Source: a virus (Duplodnaviria; Heunggongvirae; Uroviricota; Caudoviricetes). From it: a stretch of 64,000 nucleotides of DNA. Numbering within the stretch: position 1 is the first letter of the stretch; each line of letters begins with the position of its first letter. Below the pieces are notes generated by a model that was not told the DNA's origin, ran no database searches, and saw nothing but the letters and a program-made list of their open reading frames with translations. Where the stretch lies: IMG/VR virus record IMGVR_UViG_3300001242_000012; one strand, given 5' to 3'. Made by a program: the position numbers and the translations under genes. Positions 9,068 through 19,735 of this stretch are shown here, piece by piece.

Positions 9068-9946
9068 TTACTTAAGACAAGCTTGCTTAACAGCATTTGC
9101 CATATCTTCAAGTGTAGGAGTCAGAAACATTTTGGTTGCTTTGCCTTCATAGGCATTCTCATAATGTTTATATTCGTATTCATCAGGATTGAATATATAC
9201 AGACTCTTACTCTTTCTTCTTACTTCCTCAACAAGTCCAGGTGCTTCTTCTGAACCACGTGTATCGAGGTCAGACATGATAAATACAACAGTTTGAGGAG
9301 ACAATTTATTATGATAATCTTTTAATAGCTTTTTAAGGGCTTTGGGCAAATCAGTTCCACCGCCCCATTGTTGTCTTCTTTCGAGATTAGTCAATGTCTC
9401 TCTCCAGTCAGTCCTAATATCCTTGGTTACATATTCGAGCTTATTTGAAAATATAAATAGCTCAAACTTAGAGATCTCCTGACCGACTGCCTGACAAATT
9501 AAAGTCAATGTTTTAGCATGTCGATCCATTGAGCCTGACGTATCTAAAAGTACTAGTAGTCTAGGCTTATGAATTTTTTTAACCTTCCAGCTGATCTGAA
9601 TTGGTATACCACCAGTAGACTTTGCATTGTTTATAGTCTTACGGAAATTGATCATAGCCATTTTCTTACTTTCCTTGCGATGACGAGACATTGCTGTAAT
9701 GATCTGTCTGGCAATTTTCCGCATATTTCTACGTGCCTTAAGTACCTCGTCTTCATGTATATTAGGTCTCGTAAGATTGCCATCACTTTTTCCTGCTCCA
9801 GGTTGCCCAGGTTGTCCAGGTGGGCCTTCCGGCCCATCCTCATCACCTGGTTTACTTTGTACCTGCGACTGCTGTTGCTGGTTGGTATTTGTCATCCAGT
9901 TCCAAAAGTCTAGGTGGGCGTCTCTTACGCCCGCTCCAACAGCCAT
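9068..9946 (-). CDS. von Willebrand factor A (vWA) domain protein
   Basis: MIDAS motif LLVLLDTSGSMD (DxSxS) and an N-terminal Gly/Pro-rich collagen-like stretch. Its start overlaps the AAA+ gene. Confidence 0.75.
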   Translation of the reverse strand: MAVGAGVRDAHLDFWNWMTNTNQQQQSQVQSKPGDEDGPEGPPGQPGQPGAGKSDGNLTRPNIHEDEVLKARRNMRKIARQIITAMSRHRKESKKMAMINFRKTINNAKSTGGIPIQISWKVKKIHKPRLLVLLDTSGSMDRHAKTLTLICQAVGQEISKFELFIFSNKLEYVTKDIRTDWRETLTNLERRQQWGGGTDLPKALKKLLKDYHNKLSPQTVVFIMSDLDTRGSEEAPGLVEEVRRKSKSLYIFNPDEYEYKHYENAYEGKATKMFLTPTLEDMANAVKQACLK

Positions 9947-11145
9947 TTCGCTCCACCTCTCTCTTGCATCTTATCCAGATCTTCTCTGTTTTTAAGAAAC
10001 AGAGTTGTCAATTGATCAAGCAAGGGAGATTCAATTTTTCTTATGCCCATGTTTGTAAGGGCTGCAGCTAAGTCCAGGCTTTCTGAAACACTAGGCTGTT
10101 TGAGCAAGTTGACCTCATTACGAATAACACTCATGATTCTAGCAATCTGTAGAGCAGTGTTAGGTCGCAAAGTATCAGTTTTTTTCATCAAGATTGTTGC
10201 TTCCTTATCAATGGTCGGAAACCCGACCCAAAGGTAAACACAACGACGACGAAGTGCATCACCAAGATCTCTTACCCCATTAGACGTAAGGATAACTGGC
10301 GGAATCTTCTTAGCGATTACTGTTCCATATTCAGGTATTGATACCTGAAAGTCAGACAGTATTTCAAGAAGGTGAGCTTCGAACTCTTGGTCGACTTTAT
10401 CCACTTCATCAATAAGTAGAACCGGAGTAGGTTCTTCTCTCAATGCTTGGAGTAATGGCCTTTCAAGCAAGTAATCTTCACCAAAGATATTCCCATCGCC
10501 TTTACCACGTTGTATGTCAAGGATCTGTTTCTGATAGTTCCACTCATAAAGTGCATGAGTAGCGTCGATCCCGTCATAACATTGTAGCCGGATAAGCTTT
10601 GTGTTAAAGATTGTGGAAAGTACTTTTGCTAACTCTGTTTTACCACAGCCAGGTGGTCCTTCAACTAGTAATGGCTTACCAAGGGCAAGCGCTACGTAGA
10701 TGTTCATAGCGATATCAGCGCTGCAAACATACTTGCATCTAGTTTCCATTGTATCTTTCAGTGTGTCAGGATTTAGTTCGTTGATCATTTTTTGTAGTTC
10801 TCCTTTGCTACCAAACCTCTTTCTTAGGCCAAATACTATGTCTCTAAAGCCGTATTTAGTGTCGAGCATTATGTCATCAATAGCTTTAATACATCTTTGC
10901 TTTTTAGACAATGGTTTAAGTCCATGTTCCTTGCCGTATCCCAGGACTTCTTTCATCAACTGGTCATGTCTTATAATGAGGTTCATTGCTTCCATTGGAT
11001 CAATAGATCCAGTAGCTATTTCTTCATTCAGCTTTTCTTTAAGTTTAGCTGTAGACATATCAATCCATTCAGGAAGATCAACGCCTGCTTCTAAAGCTTG
11101 GTTCATTGATCTTCTATATGCCTTCTTAATCTCCTTGGGTTGCAT
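9925..11145 (-). CDS. MoxR-family AAA+ ATPase
   Basis: Walker A LLVEGPPGCGKTELAKVL, Walker B VLLIDEVDKV, sensor/arginine region ALRRRC. The pairing with a vWA partner is typical of MoxR. Confidence 0.8.
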   Translation of the reverse strand: MQPKEIKKAYRRSMNQALEAGVDLPEWIDMSTAKLKEKLNEEIATGSIDPMEAMNLIIRHDQLMKEVLGYGKEHGLKPLSKKQRCIKAIDDIMLDTKYGFRDIVFGLRKRFGSKGELQKMINELNPDTLKDTMETRCKYVCSADIAMNIYVALALGKPLLVEGPPGCGKTELAKVLSTIFNTKLIRLQCYDGIDATHALYEWNYQKQILDIQRGKGDGNIFGEDYLLERPLLQALREEPTPVLLIDEVDKVDQEFEAHLLEILSDFQVSIPEYGTVIAKKIPPVILTSNGVRDLGDALRRRCVYLWVGFPTIDKEATILMKKTDTLRPNTALQIARIMSVIRNEVNLLKQPSVSESLDLAAALTNMGIRKIESPLLDQLTTLFLKNREDLDKMQERGGAKWLLERA

Positions 11146-11155
11146 TTAAAGCCCC

Positions 11156-11896
11156 CTATTCTTTCACTGGTGTTAACATACCTACAAATGGATTGGTAGG
11201 TGATACAGCAGTAGGAATAGCTTGCAAAATTACTTTTGACTTGCTTTCCATAACAGCATCAGTTGTATAATCCATGATATCCGGATCGATCTCCGTAATA
11301 TCGGCTCTTCCGGTTTCAATTACACTAAGCTGGTCTTTATTTAGCTTGTAGTAATTTACCAGAGTCATGAAGAATTGAGAGAGTTCCATCACCTTGTCCG
11401 GTATTTCAGTAAAGTCATGAACGACATTGCCAAGTACATCACGAATCAGATACTGACTAGTGCCAGATTTGTGATAAAACTCAAAATAGTTGTTAGCATG
11501 TACTTGATGTAGCACAGGAGTTAATACTGATTCTACAAGATAGAACGCGCCTGCAATTCTGCCTCTTGTTTTGTAAGCTCCTTCAGCTCTATCATTTTGT
11601 GTCATCTTGTGACTTAAAAGTTTTGCAGCAATCATTTGGTTAAGAGCTTCAAAGGGAGGTACTGAAAGTGTCATATTTACATTAGTTATTGACGCATTCT
11701 TACCCATCATATCCCCATAAGATGCCTTGTAAGTTGTTAAGCCTGGCTTAATTATAGAGTCGATAGCTTCTCTAACCTCATTTTCGGTTTCAAAGTTTTC
11801 AAGCTTCAACTTTACTACTACTTCGTACTCACTTCCATTAATCATTTTTAAACCTCTTTTCAAGTTTTTTGAATTTTTCAGCTGTTCTATATTCAA
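11156..11896 (-). CDS. hypothetical protein
   Basis: 246-aa ORF, no motif. Confidence 0.45.
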   Translation of the reverse strand: MNIEQLKNSKNLKRGLKMINGSEYEVVVKLKLENFETENEVREAIDSIIKPGLTTYKASYGDMMGKNASITNVNMTLSVPPFEALNQMIAAKLLSHKMTQNDRAEGAYKTRGRIAGAFYLVESVLTPVLHQVHANNYFEFYHKSGTSQYLIRDVLGNVVHDFTEIPDKVMELSQFFMTLVNYYKLNKDQLSVIETGRADITEIDPDIMDYTTDAVMESKSKVILQAIPTAVSPTNPFVGMLTPVKE

Positions 11897-12191
11897 CAGC
11901 CTTTAATACCGCACTAGCTACATCAATCATTATAAATTTTTCAGAGATTTGGCGACAATTTATTATGAAAAAGAATATAGTTAGTGCTAGGAATCCTATG
12001 CTTATGATGGTCAGCACTATGTTTTCTTCAATCATTGCCTTATACGTCAAGTGTACCCAGACTAATAGCATGAATAAATTAAATGCGCCAGTACCTAACC
12101 CAAAATAAAAATTCTTTTTGGTAAAGTTTAAAAAATGCTTTGCCTCTTTTGGAGTATTAGGTGTCCTGTTTGGTGTTCTCAATACCCGCAC
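11838..12191 (-). CDS. small membrane protein
   Basis: Two hydrophobic helices (LFMLLVWVHL..., LTIISIGFLALTIFFFIIN). Confidence 0.4.
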   Translation of the reverse strand: MRVLRTPNRTPNTPKEAKHFLNFTKKNFYFGLGTGAFNLFMLLVWVHLTYKAMIEENIVLTIISIGFLALTIFFFIINCRQISEKFIMIDVASAVLKAVEYRTAEKFKKLEKRFKND

Positions 12192-12741
12192 CTCCCATTC
12201 TTGCTACGATAAATCTTGCAAACCTATCGGAGCAACGTTCAGCAAATACGTTCCTATATGATAATTGAGTATTCATTATGTCTCGCTTATTGATGTGACT
12301 TTCAGCACTATGTCTGAAATAAGTATCCGACATTAATATATGAGTCGCCATCGGATGTCCTCCAAATTGAGGGTATTTAGCTAAGCTACATAACACCAGC
12401 CAGTGTCCAATTTCATGTGCTGCAGTTAATTTTGCTGCATGAACATGATCATAAACCACATTGCCATTATTAATAGCAACATCAATATATGGCTCTAAAG
12501 TATGCATTGCATGCAGCACATCCACAGCAAAAAAGAATTTAGGCCCGAAACAGTCTACTCGCATCATACCTGGAGACCTATTATCATGAGAGAATGCATT
12601 CTTAAAAAACAAAACTTTTACTTTCTTAGGGAAGTATCTAGCCCATTTAGTACTAGCTACATGGGCAAACACTTCCTTAATCGCTTCAGCGATTTCAGGA
12701 TGTTTAAATTTTTTAGACTTATAAATAAATTTAACTTTCAT
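12157..12741 (-). CDS. putative Zn-dependent metallopeptidase (HExxH)
   Basis: AAHEIGHWLV motif, plus a downstream His (GGHPMATH). Confidence 0.45.
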   Translation of the reverse strand: MKVKFIYKSKKFKHPEIAEAIKEVFAHVASTKWARYFPKKVKVLFFKNAFSHDNRSPGMMRVDCFGPKFFFAVDVLHAMHTLEPYIDVAINNGNVVYDHVHAAKLTAAHEIGHWLVLCSLAKYPQFGGHPMATHILMSDTYFRHSAESHINKRDIMNTQLSYRNVFAERCSDRFARFIVARMGGAGIENTKQDT

Positions 12742-12752
12742 TGCAGCCCTCC

Positions 12753-13535
12753 CTAGTATATTTCATTGTACTCTTCATCTCCTATATCAAGATGGCTATT
12801 TCTTTCCTTGTCTAGTAGGTATTCAAGGAGTGAGATGCCACTCTTAAAACCATTTATAGGGATATTGAAGAATCTCATTAACTCAAATACTTCATATAGT
12901 ATACCAGTATTTTCAGCATTTTGTAACTGATTAGTAAGAGTAATCTGGTTTAATTTTTTATTAACCATAGCTTCTTTAATTGCTTTTACTGTACTATTAC
13001 AAGGTTTCAAGTTACAGGTTACTATGAATCTACAAGCCCTTAACACTATGTTGGTTGTTGGATTTTTTTCCTCCCTTAATCTTAGAATTCTTGTTTCAAG
13101 ATCAAGCCATGTTTGAGGGCAGGCTATTAATCTTCCATCAGGGAATAAAGCCACCTCATTAATTGTAAAGTCAAATCTAGGTGGGTATGGCAGTAATGTA
13201 TTACATGGTACCCAATCAATAGGTATTTCAATCCCGTGGAATAAAAGGTATTGTATCGTTTTATTCCTAACCTGCTCATAACGGATTTGATTATTTCTTA
13301 TTATATAACTATCTAGAAGTGATCGTTCATAATAACAAATATCAATATCACGAGGGTTACCATCAAGAATTAAGTCTCTGATGTAACCACCGACTATTGA
13401 GTATGGATCTCCGTTTGGCAATGAGTACAGATTAAGAAGATTTATAACAATTCTAAGTTCATTTGGGATAGTAAAGCTTACATCACGTATGGATACCATT
13501 ATGGTACACCTCCAAGAGTTCACGTCTAGTATCAC
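12753..13535 (-). CDS. nucleotidyltransferase, CCA-adding/poly(A)-polymerase head-domain-like
   Basis: GGYIRDLILDGNPRDIDICY matches the polbeta-NTase head motif GGxVRDxLLGxxPxDxD of tRNA nucleotidyltransferases. Confidence 0.55.
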   Translation of the reverse strand: MILDVNSWRCTIMVSIRDVSFTIPNELRIVINLLNLYSLPNGDPYSIVGGYIRDLILDGNPRDIDICYYERSLLDSYIIRNNQIRYEQVRNKTIQYLLFHGIEIPIDWVPCNTLLPYPPRFDFTINEVALFPDGRLIACPQTWLDLETRILRLREEKNPTTNIVLRACRFIVTCNLKPCNSTVKAIKEAMVNKKLNQITLTNQLQNAENTGILYEVFELMRFFNIPINGFKSGISLLEYLLDKERNSHLDIGDEEYNEIY

Positions 13536-13908
13536 TGAGTGGAATTATTGGTATACTAAACTCAGTGGAAATCTCATTCAGTATTATGAGATCTCTCTCT
13601 ACGCTTTCCCCTTTGCGTGCACACCATTCATTCGGATGAAGTAAGCCTATGATTTGATCTTTGCTGATTGATAGTGTGTGTTTTCTTATAAATTCTATGA
13701 ATCTTAATGAATCTTCATCATCCTCCAATCCAGTAATCACACTTACAAATTCATTGCATTCATTGTTATCTACTATGATTGCCATGCGACATGTGGCTCT
13801 GTAGAACATAAATTTTACAGAGCCACCTAGTTCTTTGGCAAGATCAAGTTTTAAGTAAAGTTCAGTTAGTGATCCGTGTGGTAGACGGACAAAGACTACG
13901 TTATTCAT
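13483..13908 (-). CDS. hypothetical protein
   Basis: 141-aa ORF. Confidence 0.4.
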   Translation of the reverse strand: MNNVVFVRLPHGSLTELYLKLDLAKELGGSVKFMFYRATCRMAIIVDNNECNEFVSVITGLEDDEDSLRFIEFIRKHTLSISKDQIIGLLHPNEWCARKGESVERDLIILNEISTEFSIPIIPLSDTRRELLEVYHNGIHT

Positions 13909-14076
13909 CTTTAACCACCTTAGCGCTTGACATCACTCTGTTAAAGTAATAGAAACCAACTGCAAATGACATAAAAGCAGGACCAAACTTATTCATAGTA
14001 AAATTAAATGCGGCTGCTATAATAAAAAGCAATACACATGATACATGGAATAATTTAAGATACAAACATACTCCTC

Positions 14077-14472
14077 CTATTCTTGAGGAGTAACCTCCTC
14101 AAGAAATGTGCTAACGTAACTTAGGATTTGAGCTTTGCATTTAGTATTGATGATAAAATCATTGACAAACTTAGCCCTCTCTCCAGGAGCTGCAATGTTT
14201 TTACTTGGCAACTTAATCCTTAATGCTTTATGGCCAACATTAGCCTGTTCAATACTGATGTTGCTCAATGTGCCTGTAAGTGTAGAAATAACAACCTTGC
14301 ATAGTATACCAATCTCTTTCTGCCTGGAATTTGGCGGATGAATAACAATATCATTAATGCCAAGGGCAGTGTTAGATGATTCGGAAGTTACAACAGCCAG
14401 ATCATCCTTATGCTCTAGATACCAAAATGGATTTCTTTTAACCTCAGGTAGTTTTACAGTTAATTCCTTCAC
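14077..14472 (-). CDS. hypothetical protein
   Basis: 131-aa ORF. Confidence 0.4.
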   Translation of the reverse strand: MKELTVKLPEVKRNPFWYLEHKDDLAVVTSESSNTALGINDIVIHPPNSRQKEIGILCKVVISTLTGTLSNISIEQANVGHKALRIKLPSKNIAAPGERAKFVNDFIINTKCKAQILSYVSTFLEEVTPQE

Positions 14473-14689
14473 AAAGAATTCCTCCCTTATATTTTTACAA
14501 ATCTACCGCCACAGAAGTCCTCAGGAACTCCAGTAATTTTTATATAACAACCTTTGCATCTGCAGCAAAGTGGGTGAGTATTACGAGTACGACATACTGA
14601 TGTATCTCTTACTGTATAAATCTTATCTTTTGTAAGTAATCTACGATCCCTTGTCACTACAGCAACTACTATATCGCCAATTACATACA

Positions 14690-15109
14690 TTATACAGCTA
14701 GTTCTTCAACCAGCTTGGTGTCACACAGTTCAATGACATCCTGTTGTTTAGAATCAGATACTATAAAACTGATAGGTGCTTCTTCCACCGGAAGTTCTGC
14801 TGGAAGTTCAATGGCAAGTTCTTCAACAGTAAAATCAAGCTTACCATTCTTAAGATTGTCCAGAGCTCTGTTCACGGCAATTGTTTTGCCAAGCTGTGGG
14901 TTAAACGGCCTGTTCATCGGAATCCGTTTACCTTTCTCGTTGCGCTTATACTTACCAGTTATACGATCACGCACGAAGCCATTAGCGTCATCTGCATTGT
15001 ACTTTGAGAACCCGACTGATGTAATAGCTTCTCCGTCCTTAACTCCTTGAAGAATAGCCACCGTAAAATGTCCTTGTTGAATAACTGCTATCTTGCTCAA
15101 ATTAATCAT
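14690..15109 (-). CDS. hypothetical protein
   Basis: 139-aa ORF. Confidence 0.4.
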   Translation of the reverse strand: MINLSKIAVIQQGHFTVAILQGVKDGEAITSVGFSKYNADDANGFVRDRITGKYKRNEKGKRIPMNRPFNPQLGKTIAVNRALDNLKNGKLDFTVEELAIELPAELPVEEAPISFIVSDSKQQDVIELCDTKLVEELAV

Positions 15110-16864
15110 CTCCTAGTATTTTATTTGCGACCCATCCACACCTACTGTATTTTATACGTTGTTCTGATTCTATAGAATATAGAATTAGTTCTTGATGTGG
15201 ACAAGTTCTTTTACAATCGTAATTACAATTAGAAATTGCCAATACTACTGCATAGCTATTTTTCTTAGCTACTATTTCATCATTATTTATATCCTTTAAA
15301 TCAATTGATAGAACAACTATCTCATCTACTTGAAATTTATTCATATGGGAACCTTTCAAGTTTACTATGATCTATAGTTTTGAGTAGTAATAACTCTTCA
15401 TCAGTGGGTGGTCTAAATGTCCATCCGCATAAGGAACCATTGTATATATTTGATTTCGATGGCCCATAAATTGACAAAGCAATTTTAGGACAGTTCTGTT
15501 CAATGGCTGTTAAACAATTAATTGTTAAACATTTGTGTATGCCTGTGATTATTACTGGCATGCCAATGAACTCACTGAATTGTTCATTATCTACATCAAA
15601 TATTACTACTTGATCTGTCTCAAAGGTTTTCACCTCCTATAAGTCTTTTAAACCCGTAAGCGCAAAGCCAAATAGTTTTTATTTTAAGTATTTGCCCAGT
15701 ACACTTTTCTTTATAATTATGTTCACATCTAGCACGACAGAACTTTGTGTCTTCGATGATATACACACCTTTGCGTGCTACTATTGTTAGCCTTGGGACA
15801 TTATTTGCATACGTACAGACTACGAGTTCTTCTTTCTTGAACAATTTCATCCTTTGTACCATGCAGGCCAGCATGATGTGCAACATACTATAATTCCTTC
15901 AAGAGTGATTAAGGTATGTTTTAATACATTGCGCTTACAATGTGGGCATTGATGTTGTCCATGTATTTTAATAGGGTTATAGGTTATCTTATTTTTATTA
16001 CGTTTCAAAGTTTCACCTCAATCCGAACAAACCAGGAAACTGTAACACTATGGAGTAAACAAAGATTACTGGCAGAACGATCCCTGAACACGTGCATATG
16101 AGAAACCTAATCCAGCGATTATCAATCATCCCGGTTAATCTAAATGAGAATACTGGCAAGATCATTCCTAGGATTACTGACATAATAATAATGCCTAACA
16201 GTTGATTCACCTCCTCCAAATAATCTCCTAACTAAAGATCTTACAAAGCTTGACTTAATAAAATTTGTACACTCATTTATATTATCATTTATGGGAGAGT
16301 AAGTACAGATCCTGTGTAAATAAATACAGTTTGAGCAATGTTCATTATAAATGTCCTGATATAGGGCAGAATGCATAACTACGGTTTTTGACGTAGAAAT
16401 AGAATAATATTTCATTTCTACCTCTACGTCAATACATTCTTCAAGTAAGGCAACTCTTCCTTGATGGAAACAAGTTACTCTTTTACCCATTATGGGTAGC
16501 TCTTCCATGGTGTTATTAAATAATACTTTTACATCAGTAACACCTTCAAAGAACACAGCAATCTCATTTCCATCGCGATACTCAATGATGAAGACCATTA
16601 TTTTTCGTCTTCATTGCTCATACCCATATCAGCTAGCTGACTCATTAATTCTTCAATCCCGCTATTGGTTTTAGCATCAACTAGGACTTTAATATGTCCA
16701 ATCATGGCCTCCATAGCATCTTTACTGCCAGCCATTGCAACTTTCATTTCCTCGATATCCATGTCAGACGAGATTTTTATATTCCCGATTGTGACCTTGG
16801 CATCTTCGACCTCTACTGCAAAACTTTCAATTACTAACTCTCTCTTTGCCAATGTAATTCCTCC

Positions 16865-17443
16865 TTATTTAATATAATAGGTGATACACTCACCTTGGTC
16901 TACAAATTTACCAGTACAAGGGCCTTCTTCATGGTATTTATTCCAGTACCTTGTACAGTTTTCACAAGGATCAAGAAGGACTCCTCTCTTCATTATTCCG
17001 GTATTTCTTGCTTCAATTAACTCCAGGAATACCGGACAATCAGCTTCACAACATGAATCTGATGTTGTCTTAAGTATATTCAATGTTTCATCCGTTCCAG
17101 GGGAAGTGCATCTATTACCGCCTGTAACAAGGCTGACCTCCATTGATACATTGCTGTAATATGAAGGTCTTGCTGTGCGATTCTCACGGCATTGTCTGCA
17201 TGACATTGTCTGTTTCGCAGCATATGCTTCATCTTTGGGATCGCACTCTTTGCAGATATAATTATAATTTGCCATTGTGTCCTTATTTTTGTTCTTAAGT
17301 AGTTTCTGAACTTGGACCCAATGAGAACTTATAAGTGCCCATTTATTTCCACAGCACTTACATACTCTCTGCATGGGCAGTTTGTTCCGATTATAAAGAT
17401 GAACAGCTTTAATGTAGCCTTTAGTTAACAAGCAGAATCTCAA
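16865..17443 (-). CDS. Cys-rich protein (multiple CxxC)
   Basis: 192 aa with about 20 Cys (CKCCGNKW, CKECD, CRQCREN, CENCTRY). Confidence 0.4.
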   Translation of the reverse strand: MRFCLLTKGYIKAVHLYNRNKLPMQRVCKCCGNKWALISSHWVQVQKLLKNKNKDTMANYNYICKECDPKDEAYAAKQTMSCRQCRENRTARPSYYSNVSMEVSLVTGGNRCTSPGTDETLNILKTTSDSCCEADCPVFLELIEARNTGIMKRGVLLDPCENCTRYWNKYHEEGPCTGKFVDQGECITYYIK

Positions 17444-17467
17444 TTTTATCTTCCCCCTTTAGGATAT

Positions 17468-17803
17468 TTAGCCAGCAGCTACTTTCTTTCCTAACTCACA
17501 TTCAATGCATGTTCTGCAATATCTATTGGCGTGGTAGCGGTTGTTCTTTAGCTTAGTTATAAGTAACACGCGCTCATTATGATATGTTGAGCATTTGTCA
17601 CAAGCTCCCGCACTGATGAATGCAGACTTCTTACCAATATTATTCAAACATTCACCGTCAACCAACACTCCACCTGACATTATCCGATCACCAAGTGCGT
17701 ATCCTTGGTTCTTAACATAGGTGGTAGCTACTTCAGAAGCAAAGCCATTGATTAAGGTGTAAAACTTATTAAATAAAAACTGGTCTGCCATGTTACCCCC
17801 CAT
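17468..17803 (-). CDS. hypothetical protein, paralog A (GECLNN family)
   Basis: 111 aa. Shares LING...GECLNN.G.KS...C.KC with the adjacent gene. Confidence 0.45.
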   Translation of the reverse strand: MGGNMADQFLFNKFYTLINGFASEVATTYVKNQGYALGDRIMSGGVLVDGECLNNIGKKSAFISAGACDKCSTYHNERVLLITKLKNNRYHANRYCRTCIECELGKKVAAG

Positions 17804-18128
17804 TCCCTTCGGTAAATTGCAGTGTTAAGTCTGCACAATCCTTGCAGTAAACATCTGCCCAATATACCAATCCACGTTTAATTACCACAAGAACAGTCTC
17901 TTGTTCCTGTAAACAGCTATTACATTTCTGAATGCCAAGTTCAAGAGACTTAGTTCCTGCATTGTTTAAGCATTCACCTAAAACGACCATAAAGCCTGCG
18001 GGATTCAGCTTACCAGGTTTAAAACCTAGATTTACGGCACCTTTAACGCATTTAATTGGTCTTCCGTTTATAAGTGAATAAAGTGTATTGTCTTCATACT
18101 CCTTATTCAATACTACTAACTTGAACAC
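17793..18128 (-). CDS. hypothetical protein, paralog B (GECLNN family)
   Basis: 111 aa; tandem paralog of 17468..17803. Confidence 0.45.
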   Translation of the reverse strand: MFKLVVLNKEYEDNTLYSLINGRPIKCVKGAVNLGFKPGKLNPAGFMVVLGECLNNAGTKSLELGIQKCNSCLQEQETVLVVIKRGLVYWADVYCKDCADLTLQFTEGNGG

Positions 18129-18181
18129 CTCCTATTGTTTGATGCATGTATAACAAGAACTATACATGCATCTTAAAGATA

Positions 18182-18712
18182 TTAATACTCGATTCCTCGC
18201 GCTTCTGCCCACTCACGGTTAGTTTTGATTCCATAATGCAAGTGACGGAGTATTTGTGCCTTGACTGCATCATTTATCTTAATGTCAGATACGTAGTCAG
18301 GCTTTTCCTTCCCTTCCCTTTGCACCTTATAAGATGGATCTTTAAGACTGAGTGAGAAGCGGCCATCATCCAGTGGACGGTAGAAAACAGTGATATTAAA
18401 GATGTCAGCAACCGCCGTTCTTAAGGTTACTCTGCCAAGGATATTGTAGGCGGTTTGATTCTCGCTCTTACCCTCGACAAACTGGATTGAATTGATGCCG
18501 AGTAGTGGGTTTTCACGTTGGGATGTTACCTTATCCAACCCACGTGATGGATCATCTGACAGATACCACATGTCCGCTGAGGAACTACCATCAAATGATG
18601 GTCTTATTCCTGTTGGGTTAGGTATTGATCTCAATGTAGGTGCAGGACTACCTGTCCCAATTTTTGCGCTTTCTCTTAATTGTGCTAACCTTTCAGCTAC
18701 TGATAATACCAT
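18182..18712 (-). CDS. hypothetical protein
   Basis: 176-aa ORF. Confidence 0.4.
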   Translation of the reverse strand: MVLSVAERLAQLRESAKIGTGSPAPTLRSIPNPTGIRPSFDGSSSADMWYLSDDPSRGLDKVTSQRENPLLGINSIQFVEGKSENQTAYNILGRVTLRTAVADIFNITVFYRPLDDGRFSLSLKDPSYKVQREGKEKPDYVSDIKINDAVKAQILRHLHYGIKTNREWAEARGIEY

Positions 18713-18780
18713 TCTAAATTCCTCCTCTAGATTATTATTTACTCACTAGCAGGCTCTTGGCCTAAGTATGTAGAATGTGA

Positions 18781-19335
18781 TTAGGCTGCATTGCCCATCA
18801 CATATCTAACCATTGTTACGAAGGATGGAACATTTAATTCTATAGCACTGAGTGGTAATACATGCTGGAATGTGATTAGAGGCAGCTTGTATCCTCTGGC
18901 AATTCTAATCCCCTGCATTGTCCCACCACCTGTAGCTCCTGGCAATGCAACTGTAATGTCGGAAAGTCCCACTATAGGAAAGTTCCTGGCATGTAACTTA
19001 ATAGCCGCAGGAGCTAATGCTTTAGGATTTGGATGAAACTCATGTACCGTCTGCTCCCATAGTTGATGAATCTTAGGATCAAATACAAGCATTGATTGAG
19101 GTTTATACTTAGTGATTAAATCACTATTATAACTTGCCCATGGTAGTACTACTTCTAGTTCACCACCCATCTGACTAGTTACTCTCATAGCAATCTCATC
19201 AATCCCTACTGCACCACCTGTACGGATCTTAAATCCTAATTGGATTAGCGTACTGGTGTATAATTCAGCAACTTTACGTTGAGCATAACTTGGTTCTCTT
19301 GAACCAATAATAGCAGCAGACAGCATATAGAACAC
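18781..19335 (-). CDS. DprA/LOG-like (SLOG superfamily) Rossmann-fold protein
   Basis: IRTGGAVGIDEIAMRVTSQMGG...ALPGATGGGTMQGIRIARGYKLPLI resembles the DprA GxARGID...GG...SGSL..A motif series. Confidence 0.4.
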   Translation of the reverse strand: MFYMLSAAIIGSREPSYAQRKVAELYTSTLIQLGFKIRTGGAVGIDEIAMRVTSQMGGELEVVLPWASYNSDLITKYKPQSMLVFDPKIHQLWEQTVHEFHPNPKALAPAAIKLHARNFPIVGLSDITVALPGATGGGTMQGIRIARGYKLPLITFQHVLPLSAIELNVPSFVTMVRYVMGNAA

Positions 19336-19403
19336 TCCTCCAAATATAATATGAGGTACTACATGTCTGTTACATGATAAACACCACCCTATGGAATTTA
19401 TTA

Positions 19404-19673
19404 TTACCTAACTTTGTATCTATTACCAACTCTTACAAGCGAAGAATACTTGTGTTCTGGGTATATTCTTACAAGCTTTTCCATGATTTCTTCTGGACTT
19501 AAAACTTTATGGGCGGCTAAGATGTCAGATCCTACATGAATAGACACATGATCTTTTTCCGTAGGTGCTTCTACTTTCTGCTGTAGTTCAACACCACATT
19601 TCGGACAGTAATTATACTTTTCACTTATACGAGTATGGCAATTATTGCACTTCATCATATTGCCTCCCAGCAT
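19404..19673 (-). CDS. zinc-ribbon protein
   Basis: CNNCHTRISEKYNYCPKCG. Confidence 0.4.
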   Translation of the reverse strand: MLGGNMMKCNNCHTRISEKYNYCPKCGVELQQKVEAPTEKDHVSIHVGSDILAAHKVLSPEEIMEKLVRIYPEHKYSSLVRVGNRYKVR

Positions 19674-19735
19674 TCATAAATATAGTAAGCACGCCTACCA
19701 TATGTATAAATACTTAGGTGCACAATATTGTGCAC

